Shown here piece by piece: positions 50,583-61,309 of a stretch of DNA of 61,309 bases. A program made the position numbers and the translations under genes. The notes below the pieces were generated by a model. The model saw nothing but the letters and a program-made list of their open reading frames with translations. It did not search any database and had not been told where the DNA came from. The DNA is taken from the IMG/VR virus record IMGVR_UViG_3300025154_000095, positions 1 to 61,309 of that record. One strand, written 5' to 3'. The DNA is from a virus (lineage: Duplodnaviria > Caudoviricetes). Within the stretch, counting starts at the first letter, position 1, and every line of letters starts with the position of its first letter.

Positions 50583-53064
50583 ATGGTGAGAATAAAAATA
50601 GTAACAATAATTAATAAGTTTATATGTAAAAAGTTTGGGCATAAATATAATCGTTGGGTTTTTCCTAGTGGAGTTAGTCTGATGAGAGATCACAATGATT
50701 TTATTTGTGTACGGTGTGATAAAAAGTATTTTGATGAAGAATATTATCAAAAAGTGTGGGGGTGTTCTTCAAAAGAATGGTGGACAGAGGAACAAAAACA
50801 ATTTTATTATGATAATTATTGCCAAGGATAAGGAGAAAATATGCAGTCAATTTTTACTAATTATGTACCACCTAAAAAGGGAATAACCCCGGCTGATTTG
50901 GTAGCTTTTTATTTTACAGAAGCTACAGTTTGTGAAGATTTACTTAAGTTGGGATATACACATTCTAATGGAGTAAATCTAGTTGAGCAAGTAAATTACC
51001 TACAGGGTAAGATTAGATTATTAGAAGGACAGAAAGGAAACCGAATATGAAAATTAAATTTAAGCATACTTATATTGTAATTCCACCTAGTATTGAATTT
51101 GAAAATGAGAATAGGAGATTTACAATATGTACTGTAGAGGATGGTAACTGGACTTTGGTTGGTCAATCTATTTGTCATCCAAAAGATCAGTTCTGTAAGG
51201 CTATTGGTAGAAAAGTGGCTTTAGCAGATGCTATTAGGGGGCTTCCAAAAGAAACTCGTAAGACTATTTGGGATGAATACCACAGTAAGTTTAAAGTACC
51301 AAATGCAAAATAAAGAAATTTATATTTGTAGAGAGGGTTGGGTACTTTACGATAAGTGGGTAAACAGTCGAGATAAAAAAGAGAAAGAAAAGCATAGACT
51401 ACAGTTTTTACTTCATAGAAATTCTTGTAGCTTATGTACCAAAGCAGAGGAGGATGCGTGTTCATAAAAATGGAAGCTAAAGAATGGCTAGAGTGGGCTG
51501 ATGAAAGAACTAATCTTAAAGCAGAAAATAAGAAGTTGAAAGAGGCCTTGAACAGTATACTTATTATTACAACAACAGGAAATACTATGTTTGCTGCTGA
51601 ACTTTTATGTGAGATTGGTGCTATCACTAAACAGGGCTTAAATAATGAAGTAATACTAGAAGGGGGAGGCATAACATGAACGTAATCAAGATTGTTGTGG
51701 ATGAGACAAAACGTTGTTGTAGTGAGTGTGAATTATCTTTTTATAGTAAAGAAAAACAGTTGTTTATTTGTTTTGCTACAAAAAATCAGATACATGATTC
51801 ACAAGATGTACCCTCATGGTGTCCGCTTGTTGTTGAGGATGTGTGCGAGTGGCATGAAACAGAAGTTAATGAACATGGCTGGAGATTTTGGATGACGGGT
51901 TGTAAAATAAAATATGACAGTTCGGTACAAATTACAAAGGGCGAGTTCAACTTTTGCCCATCATGTGGCAAGCGTATCAAGTATGTGGAGGTTGAGTGAT
52001 GAGCACAAATAGCGACCCGATGGTCAAATGTCCTATATGTGGTTTTCTTTATTATCACTATACAAATATAGTATGTCCTCGTTGTAACTTCGATAACAAA
52101 AATATTTCACAAAACGAATCATTAGATGCCCTCACCGCAACCATAGCACAGAAGGATGCGGAGATTGTGAGGTTGAGGTACGCGTTGATGGATATTGATT
52201 CTTATGTAGATGATGAATCAAAAATTGGAAGAATAATCAGAAAAGCCCTAGAAGAGGTGAATGATGACAACATTTGAATGGATATTAATAGTTGTTGCGG
52301 TAATCTCCTTATATTTTGTTCTCAAAAACAAAGTAGAAAAAGATTTTCATACCAAAGAGTGTGGGCAAGATAGACACGAGGTTGAAAACTATGTTTCTAA
52401 ATGGATGGCAAAACCTTGGAAAGCAAATGAATTATTGGGGGAGAAGGATGATGTGTGGAGCTATAGATACGAAGGTTATAAGTTAAGAAAGACTGTAGAA
52501 GCCTGTAAACACTGTGGAAAAATTTTTAGTACATCTTGGAAAAAGATTGATGAATACACTGGAATTTCGGCAGATAATTATACAATGGATGAATTTGCCG
52601 AAAATGGAATAGTGGAGTGGAGCTAGAGGTGAATGATGACTGAATTTACACCTGAATGGATTGAGGAACAAAAGAAATTGCTAAACCGTATTTCTCCACT
52701 TCCGTGGAAAGCCTGTGATTGTGACAAATGTGGTCAAATATCAAACAAAATTGATTGTATTGCTAAAGCAACCATTGGTGATTGGGGCGATGATTACCCT
52801 TCCATAAGACGTATAGGAGGTTCAATCGAGGGAAGATTTGAAACGTATATGGAACAAATAACTTATGGTTCTGTTTCAAAGGATGAAGGAATAGCGAACG
52901 CAAAATATATTGCCGAAGCCTGTAATAACTATCCAAATGCCCTTGACGAAATCACCCGTCTCCAATCACGTGTGCAGGAACTGGAAGATGAATTGATGTT
53001 CTATCAAATGGAATGCCCTGACCTTGTTGGAAGATACCAACCACCAAAGGACGGGAACGAATGA
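50583..53064 (+). other. Operon of small hypothetical early genes (phage B)
   Basis: Overlapping short ORFs with RBSs; several homologous to phage A early genes. Confidence 0.75.
52129..52267 (+). repeat. 139-bp block shared with phage A (13494-13632)
   Basis: 3 mismatches. Confidence 0.9.
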
Positions 53065-53309
53065 AAATAAAATATAAAATATCTTTAACTAAGCACGAAA
53101 TTGAAAGATTAAAGAATATTCTGAAAGGAAACTTCTCTAAAAGGATAAAATTACGAGCCGAGATTCTTATTAGAATAAACAGTGGACAATCTTACAGGGA
53201 TATAAGTGAAATATTGAATATAAGTCAGAACACAATTTCTAATACCTTGGAACGGTTTACCTCTGGTGGAATTGATTTTGTAATGGTAGCAAGGAATAAT
53301 GTGTTTTAG
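53061..53309 (+). CDS. HTH protein resembling the IS630 transposase N-terminus
   Basis: I.LT..E...L......RA.IL....G.SY..I...L.IS..T...T..RF..GG. Confidence 0.6.
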   Translation: MKIKYKISLTKHEIERLKNILKGNFSKRIKLRAEILIRINSGQSYRDISEILNISQNTISNTLERFTSGGIDFVMVARNNVF

Positions 53310-53466
53310 CTTGACCTGTACAGGAGATGTGGTAAAATAAATATACATTTCATTTTCATCTCCTTTCTTTGGAAGCCCCCAGATTCCGACAAGTCTGGGG
53401 GCAAATGTTTTAAGCCTTGACAGTTTTCTTATTACTAAAGTAAAATTATTAAAAGGAATTTTTAAC

Positions 53467-54168
53467 ATGAAAATTATAGCTGGGGTTAGAGTAAGAAATG
53501 AAGAAAAAAATATTGCAAGATTTATAAAGACTTATTTAGACGCTGGTTGTGACGAGATTATTGTTTCAGATGGGGGGTCTGAGGATGCCACAGTAGAGAT
53601 TGCTAAATCCTACCCAAAAACAAAGGTGATTCACTATAATGTTAAAGTACAAATGGAAAAGGGGCTTTGGAGAAACCCTAATGGTGGACATTGGAACTTT
53701 CTGATAGATCATGCAATAGCTGCTGGGGCAGAATGGATAGTGCATGATGATGCTGATTGTGTTCCAAATAAAGATTTACAGTTGTCTTTACGAGATAGAT
53801 TAGAAGAAGCCACTAAAAATAATATAAAGGTAGCTTTAGCTTACAGAATGTATATGTGGGGTACTGATAAATATTTTCCAGACCTAAATAAACACGGTCA
53901 GGGCTTGTTTGCTTTTACAGCAGATTCTGGAATTAGATTTGTAGAGGGACACCCGTATAACACAGAGCTTGTAGATACTAGACCATTAAAAAATGCTTAC
54001 AAGTTTGAAACACCAGAAGTTTTACTACACTATTTTTGCCCAGATCAGGAAACTACTGAGAAGAAAATGAAATTTTATAGAGATAGTGGAGAGATACCGG
54101 GATACTTACATCCTCTAAAAAGCTGTGGAAGTTTAGTAAAAATTGAACCTTGGATGGTATTCCAGTAG
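53467..54168 (+). CDS. Glycosyltransferase family 2
   Basis: VRNEE..I, DGGSED.T, DAD. Confidence 0.88.
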   Translation: MKIIAGVRVRNEEKNIARFIKTYLDAGCDEIIVSDGGSEDATVEIAKSYPKTKVIHYNVKVQMEKGLWRNPNGGHWNFLIDHAIAAGAEWIVHDDADCVPNKDLQLSLRDRLEEATKNNIKVALAYRMYMWGTDKYFPDLNKHGQGLFAFTADSGIRFVEGHPYNTELVDTRPLKNAYKFETPEVLLHYFCPDQETTEKKMKFYRDSGEIPGYLHPLKSCGSLVKIEPWMVFQ

Positions 54169-54197
54169 ATTATAGTTTTATGTTATAATAGTTTTAT

Positions 54198-54270
54198 TGC
54201 GGAGGGGAGGTAAGGAATCTCCTCTGGCTCATAACCAGAATCCAATTGGGTTCGATTCCCAACTCCGCTA
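54198..54270 (+). tRNA. tRNA with CAU anticodon (Met/fMet-like)
   Basis: GCGGAG/CTCCGC, TCTGG-CTCATAA-CCAGA, TTGGG-TTCGATT-CCCAA; 1:72 mismatch. Confidence 0.85.
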
Positions 54271-55075
54271 CTATAAAAAGGAGAAGCCTATAAGAGATTG
54301 AATTTGTGTCGTCAGGTTTATATCTACAAGGAATGAGTCTAATCCTACTCATTCCTAATTTTTTCTCTAGGAGCATTTATGAAGTTATTTTTAGTGTCAG
54401 TAGATTACAAAGATGGGCAGATGATTATAGTGTTAGACTTTTGGGGGACAAAAGGAACACTAACATTCATACTTCCAGAAAGCATAAAGACAAGGATAAA
54501 AGAGAACGGGTAGCTCTTGTGAACTCACCCGTTTCTCGCTCTTTCAGGTCACTAGCTCCGATGTTGCCGATTGCTTTTTGCGGCGCAATAACCATCATTA
54601 CATTTGGATGTTACCAAAGCTAAGCCACATCTTACGCCTTATGTTAACGAGAGCCTCCTCAATGAGAGCAACTAACTTGTTAGCAATTTAAATATATCCT
54701 ACCCTAGACAGATTTACAAGTATGAATTAAAATAAGAGCAAGGAGGTAAAATGAAAAAAGTCTATTATGTCACCTATAATTTAACACACAAAAAGTCTAA
54801 AACAATGTTGGATAGGTCAAGCTCTGAAATAAAAGAATTTGACAACTTGGAATCAGCTAAAGCCCTATTTCAGGATTTGGTAACTCTGCATAAAGGGTAT
54901 GTTGGTAAAGAGGACTATAAATTATCTATAAAAGTATTTGAACCCCTTAGACTGAGAAGTAGTGGAAAACTAACTACTATAGTTGGGAAAAAAATTGATG
55001 AATTTTCCTTTACTGGGAACTTCTTTAAAAAAGATAAAGACACTGATGATATTATTGCAGAGATAGAGGGATAGG

Positions 55076-55438
55076 ATGAAGGTACAGATTACCTGTAGCA
55101 ATTGTGGGGTATGGTTTTATGCAAGTAATGAAGATGAGGAATGTTGTCAGGACTGTAGAAAAAGAGGTAAGAAGCCAGTGTTGTTTTCTTACCCAAAAGA
55201 CGGGGGAACTGAGTTAGCACAGAAAATGTTTGAAGTAGTGGTTGAAAATAAAGATAAGGGTGGGGTATCCACCAACACAATAAATAAAGAGTTGGCACGA
55301 AAGCACGGATTAAATAGAAAGGGTTTTAACGAAGTGGTGTCGGTTTTAGATAGGTCTGGTTATCTGGTTTATATGGAGGGGAATAGAATTTTCCCCTATA
55401 AAAATATGCACACAGGAAAGGTGTATGAAGATGTTTAA
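55076..55438 (+). CDS. Zn-finger/winged-helix-like hypothetical protein; homologue of 4294-4707
   Basis: CxxC pairs; PYKNMHTG. Confidence 0.55.
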   Translation: MKVQITCSNCGVWFYASNEDEECCQDCRKRGKKPVLFSYPKDGGTELAQKMFEVVVENKDKGGVSTNTINKELARKHGLNRKGFNEVVSVLDRSGYLVYMEGNRIFPYKNMHTGKVYEDV

Positions 55439-55965
55439 TTATATTTGGTTGGTAGTGTATATATTGGCTGGGCTATACTTGTTAAGAGTAAAAGACGAAT
55501 TTTGGGGGGATTTTGTTCCAAAACTTGGCTACATGGGGTTGTGGTTATTATGGGTCTTTGGAATTGTTTGCATAATTATTGGATTAAGTAGGCAATTCTA
55601 ATGAATAAAACTATTAGAATGATTATTAGAAGCATTAGAAACCTTATTTTCTGGTTTCCAACGATAGTTAAAGATCAGGACTATGATTTTGCTTTTATGT
55701 TTGTTATCTGGGCTAGGAAGTTGGAATCTATGGAAATGGATACAGCTAATTGGATTACTGCTAGTACAGAAAAAGATAAGGTTAGAATCAAAACAGCTAG
55801 AATTCTATGCCAACGCTTAGCAAACGAAAACCCATACAATGCTAGAAACATAATCTTTCCCAACAAAAATGGGGTCAAACGTTTCTACTATGATTGTATG
55901 CGACAGCAGGACATAGAACTTCTTACAGACTATATTAGAAGATATTCATTGGGATGGTGGGACTA

Positions 55966-57176
55966 ATGGCAGTTAAATTAATACAGGGTGATAGCCTAGA
56001 AGTTCTGAAAAGGATGAAAGATAATAGAATAGATTCAATTGTATGTGATCCACCCTATGGGATTAAATTTCTTAATAAAAAATGGGATTATGAAATACCA
56101 TCAGTTGAATTATGGCAAGAGTGCTTGCGAGTTCTAAAGCCCGGTGGGTATGCTTTAGTAGCCTGTGGCACTAGAACACAGCATAGAATGGCAGTAAATC
56201 TAGAAGATGCTGGATTTATTATAATAGATATTATTGGATGGCTCTATGGTCAGGGGTTTCCGCACTCACATAATGTAGCCAAAGCCATAGAGGGAAAACT
56301 AACCACAGGAAGTTCTAATACAAAAGATTTTAGTAAACTAAACGGTGAGAGATTAGAACGGGGTGGTTGGGGTATTTCTAAACTAAATAAAACACAAGGG
56401 TATAGAGATAAGAATTATACAGATGAAACTGAACAGGTAGATCGTCTTGGGGAACTACAGCCAACAACAGAGGAAGCCAAGAAATGGGTTGGCTGGGGGA
56501 CTCGTCTTAAACCTGCTTTAGAGCTGTGGACACTTTGTCAGAAAGAAATATCTGAGCCAAATATAGCAGAAAATCTTATGAAACATGGTGTTGGGGCTAT
56601 AAACATAGATGCTTGTAGAGTTCCAAGTGAGCCTGTTCCTATAAACAAATTAGAACAGTGGTCTGGATTTGGGCAGTTAGAAAGACCAGACTATGAGCAG
56701 GAAATGAATACACAAGGAAGATGGCCAGCAAATATCATTCATGATGGGAGTGATGAAGTAGTTGAGATGTTTCCAGAGAATGGGGGTTCAGCTGCACTAT
56801 TTTTCTATGTAGCCAAACCATCGAAGCGTGAAAAAATGAGGGACTTGATGATTTACCAGATAGAATTGGTGGGGGGTTAATGGGCACTGTAAATCAATCC
56901 TTACTTACTGGTTCAGGAAATGTTAGAAACAATCTTATGAAAAATAACCATGCTACAGTTAAGCCTATTGCCTTAATGGAACATCTTGTAACACTAATTA
57001 CCCCACCCAATGGGAAAGTCCTAGACCCGTTCATGGGAAGTGGAACAACAGGAATAGCCTGTGTAAAACTTGGGTTTAACTTTATAGGAATTGACTTGGA
57101 AGAAGAATATGTTGAGATAGCAAAAAAGAGAATAGAACATCACACAAAGGAAAATGAAGATGAAACTAACGTATGA
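55966..57176 (+). pseudogene. DNA methyltransferase split by a 1-nt frameshift in the A6 run at 56831-56836
   Basis: DPPY in first ORF; HATVKP and DPFMGSGTT in second; the -1 frame bridges them (KREKNEGLDDLPD...). Confidence 0.8.
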
Positions 57177-58203
57177 TGAAATACAAACTACACATTATGA
57201 AGTATTGAAAAATCTACCTAAGAAAGATATAGATGAAATTGCTTGGACTGTTGTAGAGCATTACAGAAAAGAGGGGTTTCCTTACTTTGACTTGGACTAT
57301 GATAAAGTGAACATGGAGTTCTTAGCCCTTAGGAAAAGTAACCACAGAAACCTGTTATTAGAGAATAATGAAATACAGCAATCAATGGTTGGGTTAGCCT
57401 CTTGCAATATGTTTCACCCAGAAATGTACAGTGTGAAATGTGGAAATGCTTTATCCCCAATGGAGATATTTAGAGATGATAACCTGTTCCACACAGCTAT
57501 TGTAAAGAGAATAAAATACAACGATAGACCACTGAACAAGTCCTGTGTGCGTAGAGCTTTAACAGCCTTTGGGGGGCAGAGTGTATCTAACTTTAGACCA
57601 TCTGTAGCCAAGTGGGTTTATAAGACCTTTGCAAACTCTAATTCCTGTGTCTTAGACCCGTGTTCTGGGTATGGTGGTAGGGCTTTCGGTGCTTTGGCTG
57701 CTGGGGTGAAAGAGTATGTTGGTGTAGACCCTAATATTCATTCTGTTAGTGGAACTAAGCTACTTACAACCTATATTGATACAAACTTTACAAACATTCC
57801 TTGGTTATTTCATGTATGCAGACCGTTTGAAGAAACTCAATTTCTTCCTAAATTCGATCTGGTGTTTACTTCTCCACCTTACTATGACAAAGAAAAGTAT
57901 GCTGAAAATGATTGGCAGTCCTATGTAAGGTATAACACTTATGAGAAATGGGTAGCTGGGTTTTTAGAGCCCCTGATAAAGAAATCTTATGACTATCTTA
58001 AAGAGGGTGGGTATTTGGTTTTGAATGTTGGAGAACCAATAACCAATGACACCCTACGGTTAGGTAGTAAGATATTTGGGTATTTACCTGAAACATACCA
58101 CATGCGACTTAGTAAATTCCTTGGACAGAAAAATAAACATATAGTAAAATTCAAAACAGAGCCAATATTTGTCTGGAAAAAGGTACAAAATGAAAAAGGG
58201 TAA
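57154..58203 (+). CDS. DNA methyltransferase (SPPY type)
   Basis: VLDPCSGYGGR, FTSPPY. Confidence 0.85.
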   Translation: MKMKLTYDEIQTTHYEVLKNLPKKDIDEIAWTVVEHYRKEGFPYFDLDYDKVNMEFLALRKSNHRNLLLENNEIQQSMVGLASCNMFHPEMYSVKCGNALSPMEIFRDDNLFHTAIVKRIKYNDRPLNKSCVRRALTAFGGQSVSNFRPSVAKWVYKTFANSNSCVLDPCSGYGGRAFGALAAGVKEYVGVDPNIHSVSGTKLLTTYIDTNFTNIPWLFHVCRPFEETQFLPKFDLVFTSPPYYDKEKYAENDWQSYVRYNTYEKWVAGFLEPLIKKSYDYLKEGGYLVLNVGEPITNDTLRLGSKIFGYLPETYHMRLSKFLGQKNKHIVKFKTEPIFVWKKVQNEKG

Positions 58204-58947
58204 ACTAAAAAAGCTAAGTAGATATAAATTCTATAAAGGGTATTATGGTAATGGGGTAGCTTTTGAAGTTGGAGATGGCTGGCTGGATATGCTATTGGAA
58301 CTAAGCCAGAAAATACAGGAACTAATTGATGATGGAATAGAAACCCCAGAATTTAATGTTGTTCAGGTGAAAAGTAAGTTTGGGGAACTAAGATTTTATC
58401 ATAACGGGTGTATGCCAGAAACTGAACTTTTGATAGATGAATATGAGAAGAAATCAGCAGAAACCTGTGAGTTATGTGGGAAACCAGCAAAGTCTGTTGT
58501 ATTTGGGCATTGGTATTATACTCTTTGTAAGAATTGCATACAGGAAATAATCAATATGGATAAGACTAGACAGAATTAGGAAGTTGTTTTATAATTATAG
58601 CAGAGAGGAGTAGTATGAAAACAGAGTCAGAATACAGAGTTTTACTTATAACAGTTTTATTAGCCCTGATCTTTAGGGTGATTGGTGAAACATTACAAAT
58701 ATCTCTAATAGATGAATATTTTGTATTGGTAGTAGCTGTAATAGGGGTTGTGTTTTTGTTGCTTGAAATGTTCACAAGGAAAGGAAAATAATGGACGAGA
58801 ATCTGAGGGCTTTCTTTACCAACCTTAGCCATCAGAATTTGGTTGAATTACTTATTGCCAAGTATGGGGAAGTAGCAAAGCTAAAAGATGAAGTGGTTGA
58901 GTTGCGGAATATACTTAAATACTATAAAGAAAGGGTTAGTGAGTAAA

Positions 58948-59043
58948 ATATGTCATATAAACTGAATAAATTGCTTACAATTTGTAACATATTACTGATT
59001 AAATTTTGGGAATCAATTCCCATATTTAGACCTAATTTTGGGA
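58948..59043. other. Short cluster of operator-like sites shared with the phage A array
   Basis: AATTTTGGGA pair with 32-bp period, TTACAA-T-TTGTAA, ATATGTCATA. Confidence 0.6.
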
Positions 59044-59703
59044 GTTACAATGCCAAATCGTGATTGGTTTTTCTTCTATATGTGGGTAACAGTACAACTA
59101 CCCCTTATAATATGGCATGTATTATGCCCACAGGAATTACGTTGGTATATTGCTTTTATACCATCTTTCTTAGTGGGATTGAGATTTATTTATGTTATAT
59201 TTAGAATATGGCTAACAAGTAATATAAGAATTGATAAATCGGACTTCGATAATTAGGTTGAATCTTATTATGGTAGTAAGGTTTAACCTAACAAATAGAT
59301 GAAAGGAGAGAATTGGTGTCTACTTGGATTTATATAGGAATAGGTGTTTACATTATTGTTGTGCTCTTTGGTATATCCCCATTTATCCTATCCAGCAGGA
59401 TTAGTAGATGGGAAGAAAAAACTGGTAGGAGAAAAATTGATGAATGATGCTTGGCTATTATTTACAAAAGAAACATTACCACCACCCAATAAGAAATTCC
59501 ATTTGCTGTATAAGGGATTTATTTGGGAAAGTACTATGAGTTTTGGCTCTATATCTGGTAGATCGCCCTGTGGAGAAATTATATTGGATACCAGTGTTGG
59601 AAGAATATTAGAACATGATTTAGAGAATAAAGACCAAACAAAATGGAGAGTCAGTTAACATTTTGGCTCTATTTTACTATGCACTTTGGCTTAAGGAGTT
59701 AGC

Positions 59704-59856
59704 ATGAAAAAGATATTTGCACTATTATTGGCGTTAGGTATGCTGGTCAGTATTTTTACTGACGTATCAGCAGGTGGAGATAAGGTTCGTGGGGATAAGG
59801 GTATTGGGGATGTTAATCAGCATCAGACAATGAATCCACCCCCATTCCAACCGTAA
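59704..59856 (+). CDS. 50-aa exported peptide (MKKIFALLLALG...GGDKVRGDKG...)
   Basis: AAGGAG RBS, signal peptide; below the ORF-track cut-off. Confidence 0.6.
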   Translation: MKKIFALLLALGMLVSIFTDVSAGGDKVRGDKGIGDVNQHQTMNPPPFQP

Positions 59857-60000
59857 GTTGTCACTAATAAGGGTAAAGTGACGAGAAACTTCTTTCCATC
59901 CTCCCAAACTATACAAAATTGTATACTATGCTTATATGGAAAGAAGTACTAATTCAGGAGAATTAAAATAAGGATACAAAAAACACCAAAAGGAAACGAA

Positions 60001-60192
60001 ATGAGAAATAGAATACAATGTCTTTTATGTAATGAGGTTATAGAATCAAAACACAGGCATGATTACCAAACATGCTCTTGTGGAAATGTATCTGTGGATG
60101 GTGGGCAGGATTACTGTAGGGTAAACTATAAAAGCAATAAGTGGAAACCCTATACTGATGAGGATGAATTGAAGAATGGTTTAAAACCTTGA
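60001..60192 (+). CDS. Small Zn-binding phage protein
   Basis: C..C...IES..RHD...CSCG...VDGG.DY. Confidence 0.7.
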   Translation: MRNRIQCLLCNEVIESKHRHDYQTCSCGNVSVDGGQDYCRVNYKSNKWKPYTDEDELKNGLKP

Positions 60193-60238
60193 CAGATAAT
60201 AACAATTGTATGATAATTATAGCAGAAAGGAGTTAGAA

Positions 60239-60778
60239 ATGGAATTTATTGAATTTAGAAAAATATCTAGGCTATCTAGGGACATAGTAATTACTGAGAA
60301 GATAGATGGCACAAATGGTTTAATTGCTATTAGTGAGGATGGGAAATTTCAAGTTGGTAGCAGGTCAAGGTGGATTACTCCCGGAAAGAGCACAGATAAT
60401 TCTGGATTTGCCTCTTGGGCGTATGAACATAAGGATGAACTATTAGAGCTTGGGGCTGGATACCACTATGGTGAATGGTGGGGACAGGGGATACAAAGAG
60501 GATATGGTTTATCTGAGAAAAGATTCAGTTTGTTCAATATACATAGGTGGGGGGATGAATCTGCAAGACCAAAATGTTGCCACGTAGTACCAACTCTTTA
60601 TATGGGTATGTTTGATACAAATACTATAAATAGTGTGTTATTACAGCTATCAGAACAGGGTAGTGTTGCAGCATCTGGTTTTCCTAGACCAGAGGGAATT
60701 GTTATCTTTCATACTGCTAGTGGGCATCTATACAAGAAAACAATTGAAAATGATGAAAAACCCAAAGGAATAAATTAG
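60239..60778 (+). CDS. RNA ligase (Rnl2-like nucleotidyltransferase)
   Basis: TEKIDGTN motif I, SR.R, YGEW.G.GIQ, EGIV. Confidence 0.8.
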   Translation: MEFIEFRKISRLSRDIVITEKIDGTNGLIAISEDGKFQVGSRSRWITPGKSTDNSGFASWAYEHKDELLELGAGYHYGEWWGQGIQRGYGLSEKRFSLFNIHRWGDESARPKCCHVVPTLYMGMFDTNTINSVLLQLSEQGSVAASGFPRPEGIVIFHTASGHLYKKTIENDEKPKGIN

Positions 60779-60901
60779 CTTGAAGTGGTATAATACTTTT
60801 AACAGTATCCAGCACGCCTCTGCTTGCAAGCGTACCGAGCTTACCAAACCAGATATACACTGGTGGTACAGGAAGAAATTTCTGGGGTCAATATAACACA
60901 T

Positions 60902-61032
60902 TGGTGTGCAGTACGGTAGGAACGTACATGAGGGCGACACAAATATCGGGAAAAGTTACTCCGACCCGCTGGCTCCTTAAATCGTTACCTAGGAACGACT
61001 AGAGTAATCAGGTGCAAACCCTGACACACCAA
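60902..61032 (+). ncRNA. tRNA-like RNA with expanded central region
   Basis: Acceptor TGGTGTG/CACACCA, D arm GTACG/CGTAC, T arm TCAGG-TGCAAAC-CCTGA, ~80 nt in between. Confidence 0.6.
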
Positions 61033-61053
61033 TTTATATAAAAGGAGATTTAG

Positions 61054-61309
61054 ATGAAAAATGTATTGCAAAACTGTTTACAAATTTTGTTGGAAGAAAA
61101 TGAAAGAAGTAGAAGTGTGTGGGATAATGAAAAATTGTCTGTATCCCCAGCGTTGTATGCACAAAACATTTGTACAATAAAGCTAAGCCTTGGCAGAGGG
61201 GCTGGACATACAACAGCTATAAAGAATTTGGCAAGACCAACCCTTGATCTTGTTATTACACAACACCCTAAAGACTTTCATAATTTGGGATTAGATGTAT
61301 ATGAACCAT
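61054..61309 (+). CDS. Hypothetical protein, truncated by the window end
   Basis: AAGGAG RBS, ATG, open to the end. Confidence 0.5.
   Translation, partial: MKNVLQNCLQILLEENERSRSVWDNEKLSVSPALYAQNICTIKLSLGRGAGHTTAIKNLARPTLDLVITQHPKDFHNLGLDVYEP

Larger units (their letters stand above)
41148..61309. mobile_element. Phage B: partial genome of a second, more AT-rich tailed phage
   Basis: Second, different terminase/portal/protease/capsid set; abrupt compositional shift after ~41150; divergent early-gene arm from ~50580. Confidence 0.85.

Noticed and set aside
60902-61032. tmRNA or standard tRNA
   Set aside because: No G3-U70 pair or tag ORF; no 7-nt anticodon loop in the canonical position
1-61309. 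Complete DGR (RT, avd, TR)
   Set aside because: No ORF with RT motifs and no AAC/AAT-rich copy of the VR found by eye; only targets are supported

Overview
The window is entirely phage DNA and looks like two phages joined through a shared 1.45 kb cassette. Phage A (1-~39,700) is an apparently complete, circularly permuted siphovirus: bases 1-75 are identical to 39,701-39,775. It carries head and tail genes, a GH25 endolysin, lambda-O-like/DnaB/primase replication genes, a DNA methyltransferase and a tRNA-Thr, and has no recognisable integrase. Phage B (~41,150-61,309) is a visibly more AT-rich partial genome with a terminase-portal-capsid module, early genes, methyltransferases, a GT2, an RNA ligase and tRNA(-like) genes. 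The host is probably Chloroflexota (inference from a YLPLV motif and SOS-box-like sites). Main points of interest: (i) two copies of a 454-aa C-type-lectin-like receptor-binding gene whose 3' ends differ as DGR variable repeats do, with no RT or template repeat visible; (ii) a ~550 bp non-coding array of many different operator-like palindromes, three as tandem pairs with 32-33 bp period, one of which recurs with identical spacing in phage B; (iii) a 131-nt tRNA-shaped RNA with an expanded core beside an RNA ligase; (iv) a structured RNA behind tRNA-Thr; (v) a decoration-capsid fusion with a perfect inverted repeat over the capsid ATG, and an in-frame TGA in the Dit gene. All product calls come from motif recognition by eye, not database searches.
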